Shown here piece by piece: positions 1 through 12,184 of a stretch of 64,000 nucleotides of DNA. The first letter of the stretch is position 1. Every line of letters starts with the position of its first letter. The notes under the pieces are model-generated. The model was given only the letters and a program-made list of their open reading frames with translations, did no database searches and was not told the origin of the DNA. Both the position numbers and the translations under genes were made by a program. This DNA comes from Microthyrium microscopicum (Eukaryota). Location of the stretch: the NCBI GenBank assembly GCA_010405405.1, contig MU004230.1:158627-222626 (forward strand), read 5' to 3'.

Positions 1-477
1 GCTCCACCACAAGTAAAGATACGAGAGGCAGCACCAAGAGCAATGAACCGAAGAAAGAATGTTGCCATGGCCAAGTGTCCACAATGTGGGGAGAATGTAC
101 CCATGGACGAACTAGAGCAACACATGAAGAGTAAGTCCCAATCACACTTTCATTTTCTGACAAGCCCTAACGTGTTCATAGTCGAGCTCCAAGATCCTCA
201 ATGGCGAGCACAAAAAGCCAAATCAGACGCGCGGAACGCAACCACAAACTTGTCAACAGCAGATGTTGCAAACAACCTTAAGCGATTAGCTTCCCAACGG
301 ACAGATGTGTTCGATCCAATCACCGGTAGACCGCTTAACGAAGAGGAAGCTGCACGGCTCAAGAAGGCAGCCACCTTTTCAGGAGATCCAGCTGATGGAG
401 TGATTCGGCGGCCAGGCGAGACTTTGAGCGTAGAGGATCAGATAAAAGCTATCCACGAGCGCTACGGTCGCACTTAG
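1..477 (+). CDS. PRP21: 3' end of splicing factor 3A subunit 1 (Prp21/SAP114/SF3A1); 5'-truncated by window
   Basis: After removing intron 131-181 (GTAAGT...CTAAC...TAG) reads CPQCGENVPMDELEQHMKIELQDPQWRAQKAKSDARNATTNLSTADVANNLKRLASQRTDVFD, the conserved SF3A1 C-terminal segment; stop TAG at 475-477. Confidence 0.9.
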   Translation, partial: APPQVKIREAAPRAMNRRKNVAMAKCPQCGENVPMDELEQHMKSKSQSHFHFLTSPNVFIVELQDPQWRAQKAKSDARNATTNLSTADVANNLKRLASQRTDVFDPITGRPLNEEEAARLKKAATFSGDPADGVIRRPGETLSVEDQIKAIHERYGRT

Positions 478-1074
478 ACGGCATTGGCGAGCTTGATAGG
501 AGCTACGCCGCAACTATTGATACCCACAAATTAATACCTAGCTGCATCTATCATGATGTTGCGTCTTATCATGCTTTTGGATGTGACCTTGGATTGTACT
601 CTCCTTGACAGCATCGAGCTGATTGGAATCAGCGATGACCACGCAGGGACACTCCTATGCTCAACTATAGTAGAGTGTCTATTATTCGCAACATTATCAA
701 GGAGTATCTATTGCCTCCTAATATTGTCATGTATATGCATACTCTAGCTTGTGAATCAACTGTCTTTAACGTTAGCGGAGTACAAATGATGACGAGATCA
801 GTTTCTCGAACGAATATGTATTAAATTCAGTCTGTTATGATCTATCTCCAGTCAAAATAATTCACTTCGAAAAACGCAATAATTCCTCTTTATCTCGCAA
901 ACTTGTGCTCTATTTTTGTTGTATTGCTCATCCATTATTGCATCACATCCACAACGATCTGCAGCACGGATCTCAGCAGCGGAAACTTTTTGGCAACGAA
1001 CCACCACCAAAAGCCCAACCTTTGAACTCTCTCAACCTTTTTCTCCCATCCCACGCCCAGCAGCATTTCTCCTC

Positions 1075-1595
1075 ATGGCCACAATACAGCGCTCCGTTTC
1101 GCCGCAAGAAGTTCTCTCTCTCGTAAGTCTTCTCTTTCCTGCCGCTTGTGCTCAATGGTCCCCCCGCTTCATACTTCCGTCATTTGCCGCCACAGCGCAT
1201 CCCTTCTCACAACTCCCACTGGCACGCTTTGACTGACACTTTGCGCTTCCTAGTACCGCCAACTCCTCCGCACATCTGGCCAATTCGCCGCATATAACTT
1301 TCGCGAATACTTCCGGCGGCGCACTCGCGATGCGTTCCGCGAACATCGAACAGATACTGATGCAGAAGCGATCAATGGCCTGGTGGGCAAGGCGCGCAAG
1401 GAGCTACAAGTGTTGAAGAGGCAGAGCGTCATAAGTCAATTCTATCAGATGGATCGGCTGGTTGTGGAAGGCGGAAAATCAGGCAAGCAAAAGGGCGGTA
1501 GAGGTGATATTGTGAGGGAGAGCGAGACGGGGTAAGATATTGAATTCACATTGAGTATTGGATCATGGCTAACAATTGACATTAGATGGAATTGA
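1075..1595 (+). CDS. ISD11: LYR-motif protein Isd11/LYRM4 (mitochondrial Fe-S cluster assembly); missed by ORF track
   Basis: Exons 1075-1122, 1254-1531, 1586-1595 with canonical GT-AG introns give [47 protein letters not shown]...[24 protein letters not shown]...GWN*. LYR and YNFREY..RR.RDAF motifs are typical of Isd11. Confidence 0.93.
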
Positions 1596-2004
1596 AAATG
1601 ATGTTATCATTATTGGGCCTCAACAAGTGGTTTGAGGCATCACCAACTGTATGAATAGTCGTGTTGGTATTGATTTTGGCAAGTGTCTCTGGTTTCAAAC
1701 TTGATTCCCCGATCTCTGCTCTGTATTTTTGATCTCATCATTCATCATTCATATCATGTCCTCAATTGAGAAGTTCCCTCATCCATGCGCCACCAATCTA
1801 TGGGCTTATAATAACGAAAAGACACGGAGGTGGATAGGGATATGGTTTTCGTCGCCCGTTTAGCTTGGGTAGAGGGTGCTGATAGCATTACTGCGGCGTG
1901 CTCCCTATGCGGTTGAGTTTAAAAGAAGTTGCTGGCTTTTAGAAACGTCAATATTCGCGATCACAACACATCATGATGTGGGCTCACTGCAAAATCGATC
2001 TGCT

Positions 2005-2211
2005 TCAACGCGACTGCAATATGGATGGATCAAGGTTGAAGGAACTGGCAAGATATTCGGCATATCGTTTTTGACTGGCGGCAGTGATGCGTGTGAGGCT
2101 TTCTCGGCGACCGCCATTTGGAGAATCTTGAGTGGATTGTGATGATGCTGAGTCGGAGTTTGAGGAGGATTGAGACCAGGCAGAGCTCCATGTACTGGTA
2201 TTCGATGCCAT
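2005..2211 (-). CDS. possible small Ser-rich hypothetical protein
   Basis: ATG-initiated 68-aa ORF with protein-like composition in an otherwise empty interval; no recognisable domain. Confidence 0.25.
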   Translation of the reverse strand: MASNTSTWSSAWSQSSSNSDSASSQSTQDSPNGGRRESLTRITAASQKRYAEYLASSFNLDPSILQSR

Positions 2212-3732
2212 ATTGTCGTTTGAAAGGGAATATCACGATATACGTTGATATATCGAACGAAAAAGAGAAGCACGTTGGATTTCGGCGACGATTACAGTCT
2301 TTATGATGCAGAGAGAAGCTTGTTCTCCAGTCAAAAGGACCAGAGGTGAGTTAGGGGTAGACTTCTTATGTGATATTTCATTAGCCTACCACGAAGGCGA
2401 AATCTTGCACAATTAGCACCAAAGTCTCAACGATGGCGGTTCAAGGATCAAGTTGAGACCAGAGAGGCCATGTCGCCAGCAAAGCTATAGCATGCCTTAC
2501 CCAGCATTTATCAACCAATGTCAAGCTTGCCATTCAACTTGTGTACCTTTCACATCCAGCGCCCTGGGCTTCACGATCCCAATCGTCTGGAATTTAGCAT
2601 GGCTTGTGTGCATTCATTTGGTCCGGATTACATGCCGGCACGTCCGCCAGCGAACTTCGTGCTCGTCGTGCATATTCACCTGAATCCATCTGTCCCGCTG
2701 AGTGGGGCTGCTCCCTGACCTCAGGGTTTAGATCTTGATCGTAGTCGTAAGCCTGGATGAACGTGCTCAAGGCGTAGGAGTAGAGATTTTCTTGCCAGCT
2801 GAGTACTCTTCTCTTCCTCCGCTTGGCTTGCCTCAACCATTCACGACTCCCAACGCCATTCAAGCATAGCTATTGGGTCAAATTCATAATACGACGAAGT
2901 AAGCAGAGGAAAAAAATATTCATCGGTCCGTTCGCAAAGCAAAATGCGCCAGTGAGCGGGAGCAACCGCCCGTGACAAGGACTTGATTTTTCTTTCATGG
3001 ATCAGACGCACAACACTTGCTAGAGTTTTCGTCGGCCCGTTGGACCAACCTCCATGGAGAATTTCCGCACGACGACCTCATCCATCAAGGACAATATCGA
3101 CCCGCGCAACGTAATTCCATTGTTCATTATTCAAATCCCAAAACAGCCTTGTTCCGCCCAAGAACTGGACCACGCAGCTAGTCTTCTAGCTGCCTTGTAC
3201 ACGCGCGAAGGTAGCTCTCGTCGGTGGATCCACGCGATGGTCTTCACATCTTTTCTGATTTCAATGGAGCCAGCAACCCAGTAATTGCAGGTTGACCAAC
3301 CATTTCTAGAGTGACGAGAGCGGCCTGGTGGTGGAACATGCGCAGCTGCGAGGGGATGCCGACTGGCTGATTCGTTCAGAGCTTTTCTGTGAGACGGGTA
3401 GACCGTGGTGGCAACGATGGGGGATGAAGAAAACTCTGATGCTGGTCCTGTTTAGGAAGCATATATGGATGCTTTCGGCTAAGTGCGGATATAAACTAAT
3501 ACTCGACATTTATATGTGCGGGATTAACAGCAACGTTTCCCAGCTCAAAAGGGGGATGTATTGTCTTCAATGTTCTAGACTGATTGTTGCAAACAGGTAC
3601 ATTTCCGAGTGTTCTTTTTGATATGTTTCTCCGATAGTACACATGAACATACACATTCTAATCAGGAGCTACCAATATCTCTATGGGTAAAATTTGCCTC
3701 GATATTCTTTCGGCGAATTGACTGTACGCTAC

Positions 3733-4830
3733 CTAAACGAGAGTTATGGCATCCTTTTTATACCAGGGCAAATTTAGTATCTCTCCATCCATAAGCCCAT
3801 GTACATAGGCATGGCCGATGTACCTGAAAATTGACCCAACCTTCCAAATAACAAACAAAAGCTTCATGCCTTGTACCATACAGATCCAGTCTCCAACTTC
3901 TGCTTGCTCAGGAACACCCGCAAAGTAGCCTCGATGTGTCACACAAAATCGACGATAACGTGACCGTCGACGAACAGCATCAACAAATGTCTTTGCCATT
4001 TGTTTTTGGCTGGAAAAACTACTTTCAGAAAAGCTTTGGAGGGCCTCAAAGTTCTGCCCTTCCTCTTCTTCGGCCTCTTCTTCATCCAGCGAGATGTTGC
4101 CAATTAGTGTCCTCCATAGAACCTCCGAAATGTCAACTCCTGTCACATATGGTTCAGTTGACTGAGCAAGCTGCAGTTGCTCATTGAGCCATGTCCTCTG
4201 GCCTGGTGCTCCCAGTTACGCATAATGCTGGCCCACGGGCTCGCTTTGGTTGCTTATTTTGTCAATCAAACATCTGGCAACCTCCAATCTGTCTGAATCT
4301 ACTCTAAACTCGCAAATGGTAGATCCACATGCCCGATACACGAAGTTGAATGCGGTTCCCTGGCTGGCGACTTGCCATGTAGACCAATCGGTGACCCAAG
4401 ATGGTAAATGAAGAGTCCTCTTGCCTAGATTGCTGTACAGGATATCTAAACTATGGGACTCTGACAGAATCCGCGCAGCAACTCTCGTGTATAGGTCCTC
4501 AGTTGAGCAGTCATAATCCACTGGTATACCCCCGACTCCATCGTATTGCGAGAGACATGATAAACAATATATCTTATCTCTTGGATCTGTTGCTTGGAAT
4601 GGGTGCGAGATCGTCAAACAGTCAATAGACTCGATGGTGCCTGATCCCGGAGACTTAATTCCCGCCATAAACGCAGTCTAAGAAGACATTCCCTTTTATC
4701 TTGGGTATTCTCGCTAGCGCTGGGTACCAGGAAGGCTGGTAGGGACTTGTTGAACAGCCTTGAACATTTGCTGGGAGGAGATACCACTGAAAAGTCTTTC
4801 GTCCACACATCAAGATAAGATTTCTGTTCC
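3733..4830 (-). pseudogene. HET-6-like heterokaryon incompatibility protein remnant (C-terminal half)
   Basis: Motifs LILMCG..FQW, FQATDPRDKIY, VDY, LPSWVTDWS and RRFCVTHRGY...GDWIC...FRYIGHAYVHGLMDGE. ORFs 4216-4668 and 3733-4146 share a frame but are separated by TAA at 4216-4218; no room upstream for the N-terminal HET domain. Confidence 0.8.
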
Positions 4831-4979
4831 GAATGAACTTTCTAAAGGGCGAGATGGATGGTCTAAGGATGGCTAAGTCCTCACCAGATTCGAAGTCGTT
4901 GATCTAGGAGATATAGGTTGCGTCAAATAATTATCTCGATTGTTTCACCCTTGAAGCTTTCTTCTCTCCTTTCCTGCCG

Positions 4980-6777
4980 TTAGAAGATAATCAACTCAAT
5001 TTTTTCAACCTTAAGGCTTTCTTCACCCCTTTCCTGCTCTTCCCATGCCCATGAAGCTCTTATATAAGTAAAGATGTCTTGTTGAAGAGATAATTGTGCC
5101 CAGCCATTCGAGCTATTCTTTATCTGAATCTCAAATAGGTTTTGTGTATCCTTCCTGAATTCCATTCGTGTAAGAAGTGTCGGGGTATTTGGAGATAACG
5201 GTGGTGATGGCGAAAATCGTCTCAAGGTAGGTGCTAGCTGAACTAGAACCCCAAAAGGTTCATTATTGTTATAGTTAGCAACCTGATAAGGGTCCTGGCA
5301 GTTATCAAGACAGACGATAGCGTACAAAGCTTCCTTTGGGGGGCAATCTCCTTCATTCTCGCTCGATATACCAGAAAGAAGGAGGATGAATTCCTTTGGA
5401 CCCTGTATATTTTCGATCTTGGGAGCGGCTGCTAGAAGACCGGCAAGATTGCCTGAGAATATAAAGGATGGAGTCTGGAGCCTATATATACTGTTTTGAA
5501 AATCGATGCAGCAAAATATCTGACTAAAGATTGGGAGTGTAAAGAGGTCCATAGTTTTACCCTGAAATGAAGGGATAAACTGGTCTAGTGATTGAGGGTA
5601 CTTAGAGCGATTCTGAACAGTGCTGGATTCGCCTCGACTACTCGGTGGAATGGAGAAGAAATCGAGTATTCTTGGAAGGCCTTCCAATGCTTTGGGCTTT
5701 GATATTTCAGTTAGTTTTCACCTAAGTAAAGGATACGTTTCTTACAATAAAAGTATCAAAGAGGTTGCTAAAAGTCGGCCAATCGATATCCTTGCCAATT
5801 TCACCGAGTGTAGAATTATCAATAGCTGAAATGATAGACTCCACTACTTGGCGAAGATCTGGTGTGGAGCTTGAAGTGTAGTCGATTCGAATACCAATTA
5901 CTCGAAGCTTTAAGATTAGTAAAGTCTCAAGAAGATCCTTCATTTCAACCGAAGAAATTGTTCCATGGAGATTTGTTGATAGTGAGGACGGAAGACTGCT
6001 GGGGGTAGGCAAAGGGGCAGGAAGGAAGCCAATACAAGGATTTGGACCGTCCCATTGTTGAGCATTTTCTAGAAATTTCAATGCACTCCTGACGTCTTTA
6101 TCGTCGCTGTCGCTTCTATCTTTTGTTGAGATGCTTGATCTTGCTTTGCAGCTTGTTTGTACCAGGGCTTGGAACAACATTCGTTGATATTCACGGCTGA
6201 TAAATCTTACTTTCTCGTTTCCATGAGGTATGTCGTCGCCGTACGCTATATATTTGCCAGACAACATAACCAGGCCTAGACGGAATACATCATAGGTCAA
6301 ATGTGGTGCAGGATTTGTGATGTATGGGAACGAGCCGAGCCGTAGGAGGAGCCGATAAAGCATAGAACAACTTAAAGGCAGTTTTGGAAAGGAGGGGTCT
6401 GGAACGGTAGAACAGAATTTTAGAAGATCCTTTTCACTCCAATCTAGCCTCTAATTAGTTCAGACTTAAACATTCAGAGGGCGTGTACAAACAAGCATCC
6501 GTACTTCCAACAGGCTTGGAGATATGAGTAAAGAATAAGGATTCAAAACCTAGTTCTTCTTCCGAGCTAAGACAGAACCGTGCAGTATATCGAGATAGCT
6601 TGCGGTGAAGGATATCTAAATAGTTAGCGTCATAGTATATTTATTTTGTTGAAGATCTGTACCTCTTGTTTCTATTGGTATATCATAGTCGGCTAGTGTC
6701 TCGACATTTCTTGGACGTTCTCCAGGGTGTTTCGGATTCCAGTCCTCGGGCTTAATACGTGAAAATGCCAGGCCCAT
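4980..6777 (-). CDS. divergent Rtc5-like / TLDc-domain-like protein with N-terminal myristoylation motif
   Basis: ATG at 6777 (MGLAFS; G2/S6 pattern). Introns 6616-6662, 6444-6504 and about 5697-5746 join ORFs 5722-6363 and 4980-5687. Segments WSEKDLLKF, LYRLLLRLGSFPY..APHLTYD..LVMLSGKY, RMLFQAL, ILLLSG, LVQLAP and W..EESLKVEKIEL parallel fungal Rtc5 in order (recalled). Confidence 0.6.
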
Positions 6778-7138
6778 ATTTGTGATAAGCAGACAGGTTG
6801 TTAAAGAGAAAGGTTGAAAGAAAAAGGCAAGGATTGTAGGCGAAGTTTGGAAGACAGTGAGGACTGAAGTAGTAGCAGAAATTAGGCTGCCACTAACAGC
6901 TACCCGCTGGTCCCATGTAAAGGATCGGGGTACGAACTATGACTCTACTGATAGGAAGAATTCTCCGTTCCGAGTATATCAGAAGACTTCTAGATCTAGT
7001 GTAGAAGAATTTTGATGTTTGGAAAGTGAGCAGCGTGATGATAGACGAAATGCTGGAAGAAAATAAAAAAGTAGATATATTCCAAAACCAGGCGGTTGTG
7101 GTTGAACATTGTTTGTTTTTACAATGCAGAACGTTAGT

Positions 7139-7232
7139 GCTTCTATAGCTCAGTTGGGAGAGCGCAGCACTGAAGTCTTGAATTACCTGGGGTGACATGC
7201 TGAGGTCACCCGTTCAATCCGGGTTGGAAGCA
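7139..7232 (+). tRNA. tRNA-Phe(GAA) with 21-nt intron (7176-7196)
   Basis: Acceptor stem GCTTCTA/TGGAAGC plus discriminator A; D arm TAGCTCAGTTGGGAGAGC; anticodon stem CAGCA/TGCTG with GAA at 7172-7174; T loop GTTCAATCC; oligo-T Pol III terminator immediately downstream. Confidence 0.96.
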
Positions 7233-8464
7233 ATTTTTTTATTCTTATACCTAGTATGGAGAAGGTACAGCTTTCTGTACTGTGATTCATTATCTTAAAG
7301 GTCTTTTTTGGCTGTGGTTCACAAAGGTGTTAACAGCTTTGATTTAGCCAGGACTAGCACCCTAGAATTTTAAAGAATCTAAAGGATGAAACGCATAAGA
7401 TTAAGGAGAGAAGTCTGAAATATCCAAAACTCGAAAGATGCTCTGAAGCAATATTTTTGGGCGATGTGGTTGTTCTAAAGTCTTTACGAGATATGAACAA
7501 GAGGTAGAAAACCTTCTATTCTTTTGTAACATAGCGTAATGTGCTTATATAGAGGTACTTGTAGCCTACATGGTACCTACCAGAACAGAGTTTACTAAAA
7601 TACCCGGTAGGTACTGAATATTGCTCGGTAAAGATAGCGCAATACTCAACCAGCTACCTAAAGTAGAATCGATAGAGAGTAGCCTTCGCGAACAAGAGAG
7701 CCAGTACTAGTACCGTAGGTAACAGGTACTACTTTTCCCAGTTTCTATTCAGGCTTTGAAGCGTGTGAACGTTTAGCCGACCTACCTGTATACCACTTCA
7801 ACCATTGATGTCATTAGTAGATCAAATATCCCAACCTCTGTTCGGAAGGTAGTTTCAGCATATAAGCATACGTTACAGGAGTATTAAAGACTAGCATAGT
7901 TTCTGAACTTTTGGAGACCCGACTTTCTGGAGGCAATTGTTCAAGAGGATTGCTCTAATTCTACTCTACCGTACTCTATCACTACTATTTTCCTGAATCA
8001 GGGTTTGACTTTCTCTCAGAGCCTAACCTCCTGGTCTCCTATTGGTATCAAGTTGAGTCTCGTAACTCTCGTTTCAGTTGTCTTACTGTACTAAAAAAGA
8101 GGCATTGAAAAATCTAGAGTTGCGCCAATATTGAACTAACCGCGCCGCGGCTTTCTTAGGAAGCCTGGCCCAGCGCCACCAGTCTCAGTACCAGATATCT
8201 CGAAATATGATTTGTTGTAGAATTGCCAAGATGGGGAAAGCAGATGGACTAAATTTCTAAAGGCTTGCTATTGGTATCGTGGCATATTCATCCAGCCTTG
8301 CGGTACAGGAAGCCCCTACGGGTCTACCGCGTCCCTTGTTTTAGCACTCGTTCCTTCTGTTTTGTAGTCGCGCTTTCTTAAGAGTGGAATCTTCCTCTAA
8401 ACCATAACTTTGAAAGTACCACTAATGAACTCCAAGTTCTACACTCTCATTAAATAAATTCAAG

Positions 8465-10667
8465 ATGCTCTCGCTTTTAGGCACCGTAGCTGCCTTGCCG
8501 CTCATTTTCGCCTCCCCCTTTGATTCAGCAGATGTTATTGCTAAAAGGGCTCAAGTCTGTGGTAGTGCTGGATACGACAAAAACACCAAGGCGTACTTTT
8601 ACGATGACAAAACCCTTGGTTCCATAAGTGCTTGCAGCGCTCACTGTCTTGCGGATACCAAGTGTCTTTCATATGCCGTAGGAAGTGGTGAATGTTTGCA
8701 CTATACTGTTGCCGTGTAAGTTGACGACTTTAAACTCAAAATCAGGTTCGACTTTTCTAGCAGAGCGATGTAGCGCTTTTGCTAAATTGCTAATGTATAC
8801 TCACTTCAAACTTATCGAAATTGAGAATCTTATTTACAAGACTAATATGAACACAGAACTGGCAATCTCGCAACCAATGCCGCATCTCCTTTTGCATTTT
8901 ACGACAGAGCTTGTGTGAGCAGTGTCTCTAGCTCAATTCGGCCTTCCAGTTCGTCAATTCATCCTTCTAGCTCTTCAACTCGTCCCTCCAGTTCTTCGAT
9001 TCGGCCATCATCTTCTTCTGTCCGACCTAGTTCAACAGCTGCCATCAGCTCGTCGTCGCTGACATCTTCACGAACATCCACGTTCTTAAGCTCGACCCGT
9101 TCTTCGACAACGTCAAGCTCAACAGCTTCCACATCAGCCTCATGCTCACTCCGCGGATATGATCTCAACAAGCCAGAGTCTTACATTGATTCTAGCAATG
9201 CTGCCTATCGGAGTGCTACCGGATGCGCCGCTTTCTGCAAAGCCCAGTCTACCTGCGTATCATTTGCTTGGAGCAGTTCAGTATGCTATTTATATGCCAA
9301 GCCTGTCGTGGGCAACTTCAAAGCTGATGCAAGCTCACCATACCGTAAGATTTCCCTATGTCAAAACACACAGCGCATTCGATGGTTCCCACAGAACGTG
9401 TCTCTGGTCGAGTGATGTGGCTACCACCAAATGCGATGGGTGGTTTATTAATTCACGCCGAAAAGACCCTATCGTCTTCTCAGACGAATCGCCTCTTCTC
9501 ATAATCTTATACTAACAATTTCAAGTGTTTTATGATCTGACTTGCCCTGGACTTTTCCCTACCTCGTCATCCTCTTCAACGAGCTTCACCTCTTCAACTA
9601 TCTCTACAGTGTCCTCACTAAGCAGCAGTGACCTGTCATCATCGACAATAAGCTCCTCGAGCTCGTCCGAGATGTCTAGCTCTTCTATTTCAAGCTCAGA
9701 CACATCGTCAACAGTATCTTCTGCCACATCTTCTGCCCCAAGTGCTTCCGCTAGTGCTTTGATGTGTCCAGTTCTAGATGGGTCATGCTATTCTGAGCCA
9801 AATGGCTTGAGAAATTACCAAGTGACTTGTAACAACTGTCTGCAATTTTCAACCTACGTTAGCTATTGCTCATTTGACTCTTGTCTTTCCCTTTGCGACG
9901 CTGACAATTCGTGCGTTGGCATATCATGGATTCAACAAGAGTCTGGCGCAGGCTATTGTTATACTCAAGACGGTACCACCCCGCTAAGTGGTCCGGATCT
10001 CCAATTAGACGGCTGTACTGGTGCTATCGTATCGTCTTGTACGCCAGCAGCAGTTTCCTCATCTTCCGCAAGTTTGTCGGTCACACCCACGACCTTTTTG
10101 GTGTCATCATCCTCAGCTAGCGATCCAGCATCCTCTTCTTCTACGGACATTGCTTCGACCTCTTCCACCACGGACATTTCATCGGCCTCCGCCACGGATA
10201 GCTCATCAGCCTCTTCCACTGTCAGTCCGTTGACCTCAACGACCTCGTCTATTGCAGTAGTTACGACAAGTTCGATACCAGTCTCCAGCTCGACCACTTC
10301 GAGCACGATGCCCGCGACAAGCTCATTCGCTCCAAGCCTTCCTAAATTTCAACTGGTGTATGGCCCAGCCAATGGATGTCTTTACATTCCCAATGGATAT
10401 CTCGGTGCTATCGAACCTGATGGTTCACTCACCAACGCTGAGCTTGCAGAGCAGTGCGCAGAGTTCTGCGACTCGACAGCTGGCTGTAATTCGTTCGGAA
10501 TCAATCAAATGCCGGCTTGTGGCTCAGCTGGACCGTCCGGCTACTGCGTCATTGCTTCAGACGTAGCGACATCTTCAGGCGCTGAAGAACAGTGTGGACT
10601 TGGCACGAGTTACAACGGTTGCTCGATTTACCAACAGGGCGAGAATTATAACCGTATCAGCAACTAG
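8465..10667 (+). CDS. secreted Ser/Thr-rich protein with four Cys-rich PAN/Apple-like modules
   Basis: Exons 8465-8715, 8857-9344 and 9526-10667 splice in frame. Signal peptide MLSLLGTVAALPLIFA, KR site, Cys modules (C..GYD...C...C....C.S+....C..Y) separated by Ser/Thr linkers, including five imperfect SSSSxRP repeats. Confidence 0.85.
9345..9525 (+). other. long (181-bp) intron; candidate introner-like element copy 1
   Basis: GTAAGA...ACTAAC...AAG; core 9376-9465 aligns with 54102-54192 of the hydrolase intron (62/91 identical by hand). Confidence 0.6.
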
Positions 10668-11259
10668 ACTAGTAGATATTCCCAAGCTCTCTGGAGCTAT
10701 TCCATTCCAATGTATACCTAATGTAATAGTAGTCATTTGAGACGGAAACTTGGTTGGATACCTTTTTGTCACTTGAAATAATATAATCATACTCACTTGG
10801 ACTGCACTCCATTGTAGATGACCAGGGTAAATATATCTGTCACACTTTCGGCATGACCGGAGCCACAACAGACCAGCTTCAAGTTATTTCTGAGTCAATT
10901 GGCCTTGGAGCACAGCTGCATCCTATGCTCGTTAACTTTCCAGTATTTGTGCTAAAAGAGAACCGTGTTGCGAGATACATTTTCCTGACACTAAGGCAAT
11001 TTGATGAAAAGGATCGAGTCTAATAACCTCATGCTAAGCTCTTTAAGCCGCTAATGAGAGATATCGTAGATCATATATGGAAGCCTGTCACCCAGTCCAC
11101 AGCAGCCTAAACATAAGCATACACAACTACACCTACCAGAAACCGGGAACGCAGAAAATATCTGGCGATCAGGTAAATAACACTGCATATCAAAGTTATA
11201 GCACGTGGCGATATATGGAATATCGTTTGCAGTAGGTCGTGATTCTCAAATTCTTGAAA

Positions 11260-11345
11260 GACGGCTTTTAAACGTCCCCTCCGTCGCCTTATTCAACCCC
11301 TGATCTCCGCTTATTCGTCCCCTCAAATATCCGAAGCCAAAGGAT
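11260..11345 (+). repeat. left TIR of MULE
   Basis: GACGGCTTTTAAACGTCCCCTCCGTCGCC...GAAGCCAAAGGAT is the reverse complement of 46684-46769; internal subrepeats CTTATTCxxCCCCT. Confidence 0.97.
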
Positions 11346-12184
11346 ATTAGGTTAGGGCTTAGCAGAGGCGTACAATTTAACTATATCTAGCTTAGCTTAA
11401 TAATAATTTTATTATTTTGCATTACTAGCGTTAAAAACTATATAATCTACTTCTTAAGTCCTTTAAGTTTCTAAGTCCTTAACTACTATTATTGTAATTC
11501 TTTTCTACTAATATATAAATTCCTATTACTATAACTATATAATATTAAATTTAAATCTACTACTAGATTCACTAGAAGCTTTCTATTCTTTTATTAAAGA
11601 AGGAATTCTTATAATTTAAAACTATAGTATTACTAATAGTTATACTATAATAACTAAGTAATCTAAACTTAACTTACTAAAGATTAACTAAAAATATATA
11701 TATTATCTTACCTACGACTATAGCTATAAAAATACCTTAATATCTATTAATACTTAAAATACTTTTATAAAACAACGTAGTTACCCTTAGAAGATAATTC
11801 TTTAAAAAAATTAAAATACTAGAATTTAGTATATAGAATTTAAAGATAAAGACTATAACTATAACCCTTTATAAAATCTTACTATATATATACCTCTTTA
11901 CTAATTATAATTAAAATAAAATAATATTACTAAATAAGTTATTAATATAGTATTAAATAGTATTATAACTTATTATATTATAAGTACTCTTAAAGTTAAA
12001 TAGCCTAGTAATCTTTATATAAGTTTTAATATAATAAATATACTTTAAAAAAAGTACTAATAACGTCTTATAAGTTATTTACTACTTTAGACTATATTAA
12101 ATTCTTTTAGAAAGAATAAAGAATAGAATATTAATATTATTACGAACTTAAAGTATAATCTTAAGATATTATTCTTTACTATAG

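Noticed and set aside
6893..7198. 101-aa minus-strand ORF
   Set aside because: Antisense to tRNA-Phe and promoter DNA; no protein features.
11350..11358. TTAGGG telomere-like motif inside the left TIR border
   Set aside because: Single unit, expected by chance in RIP-mutated DNA.
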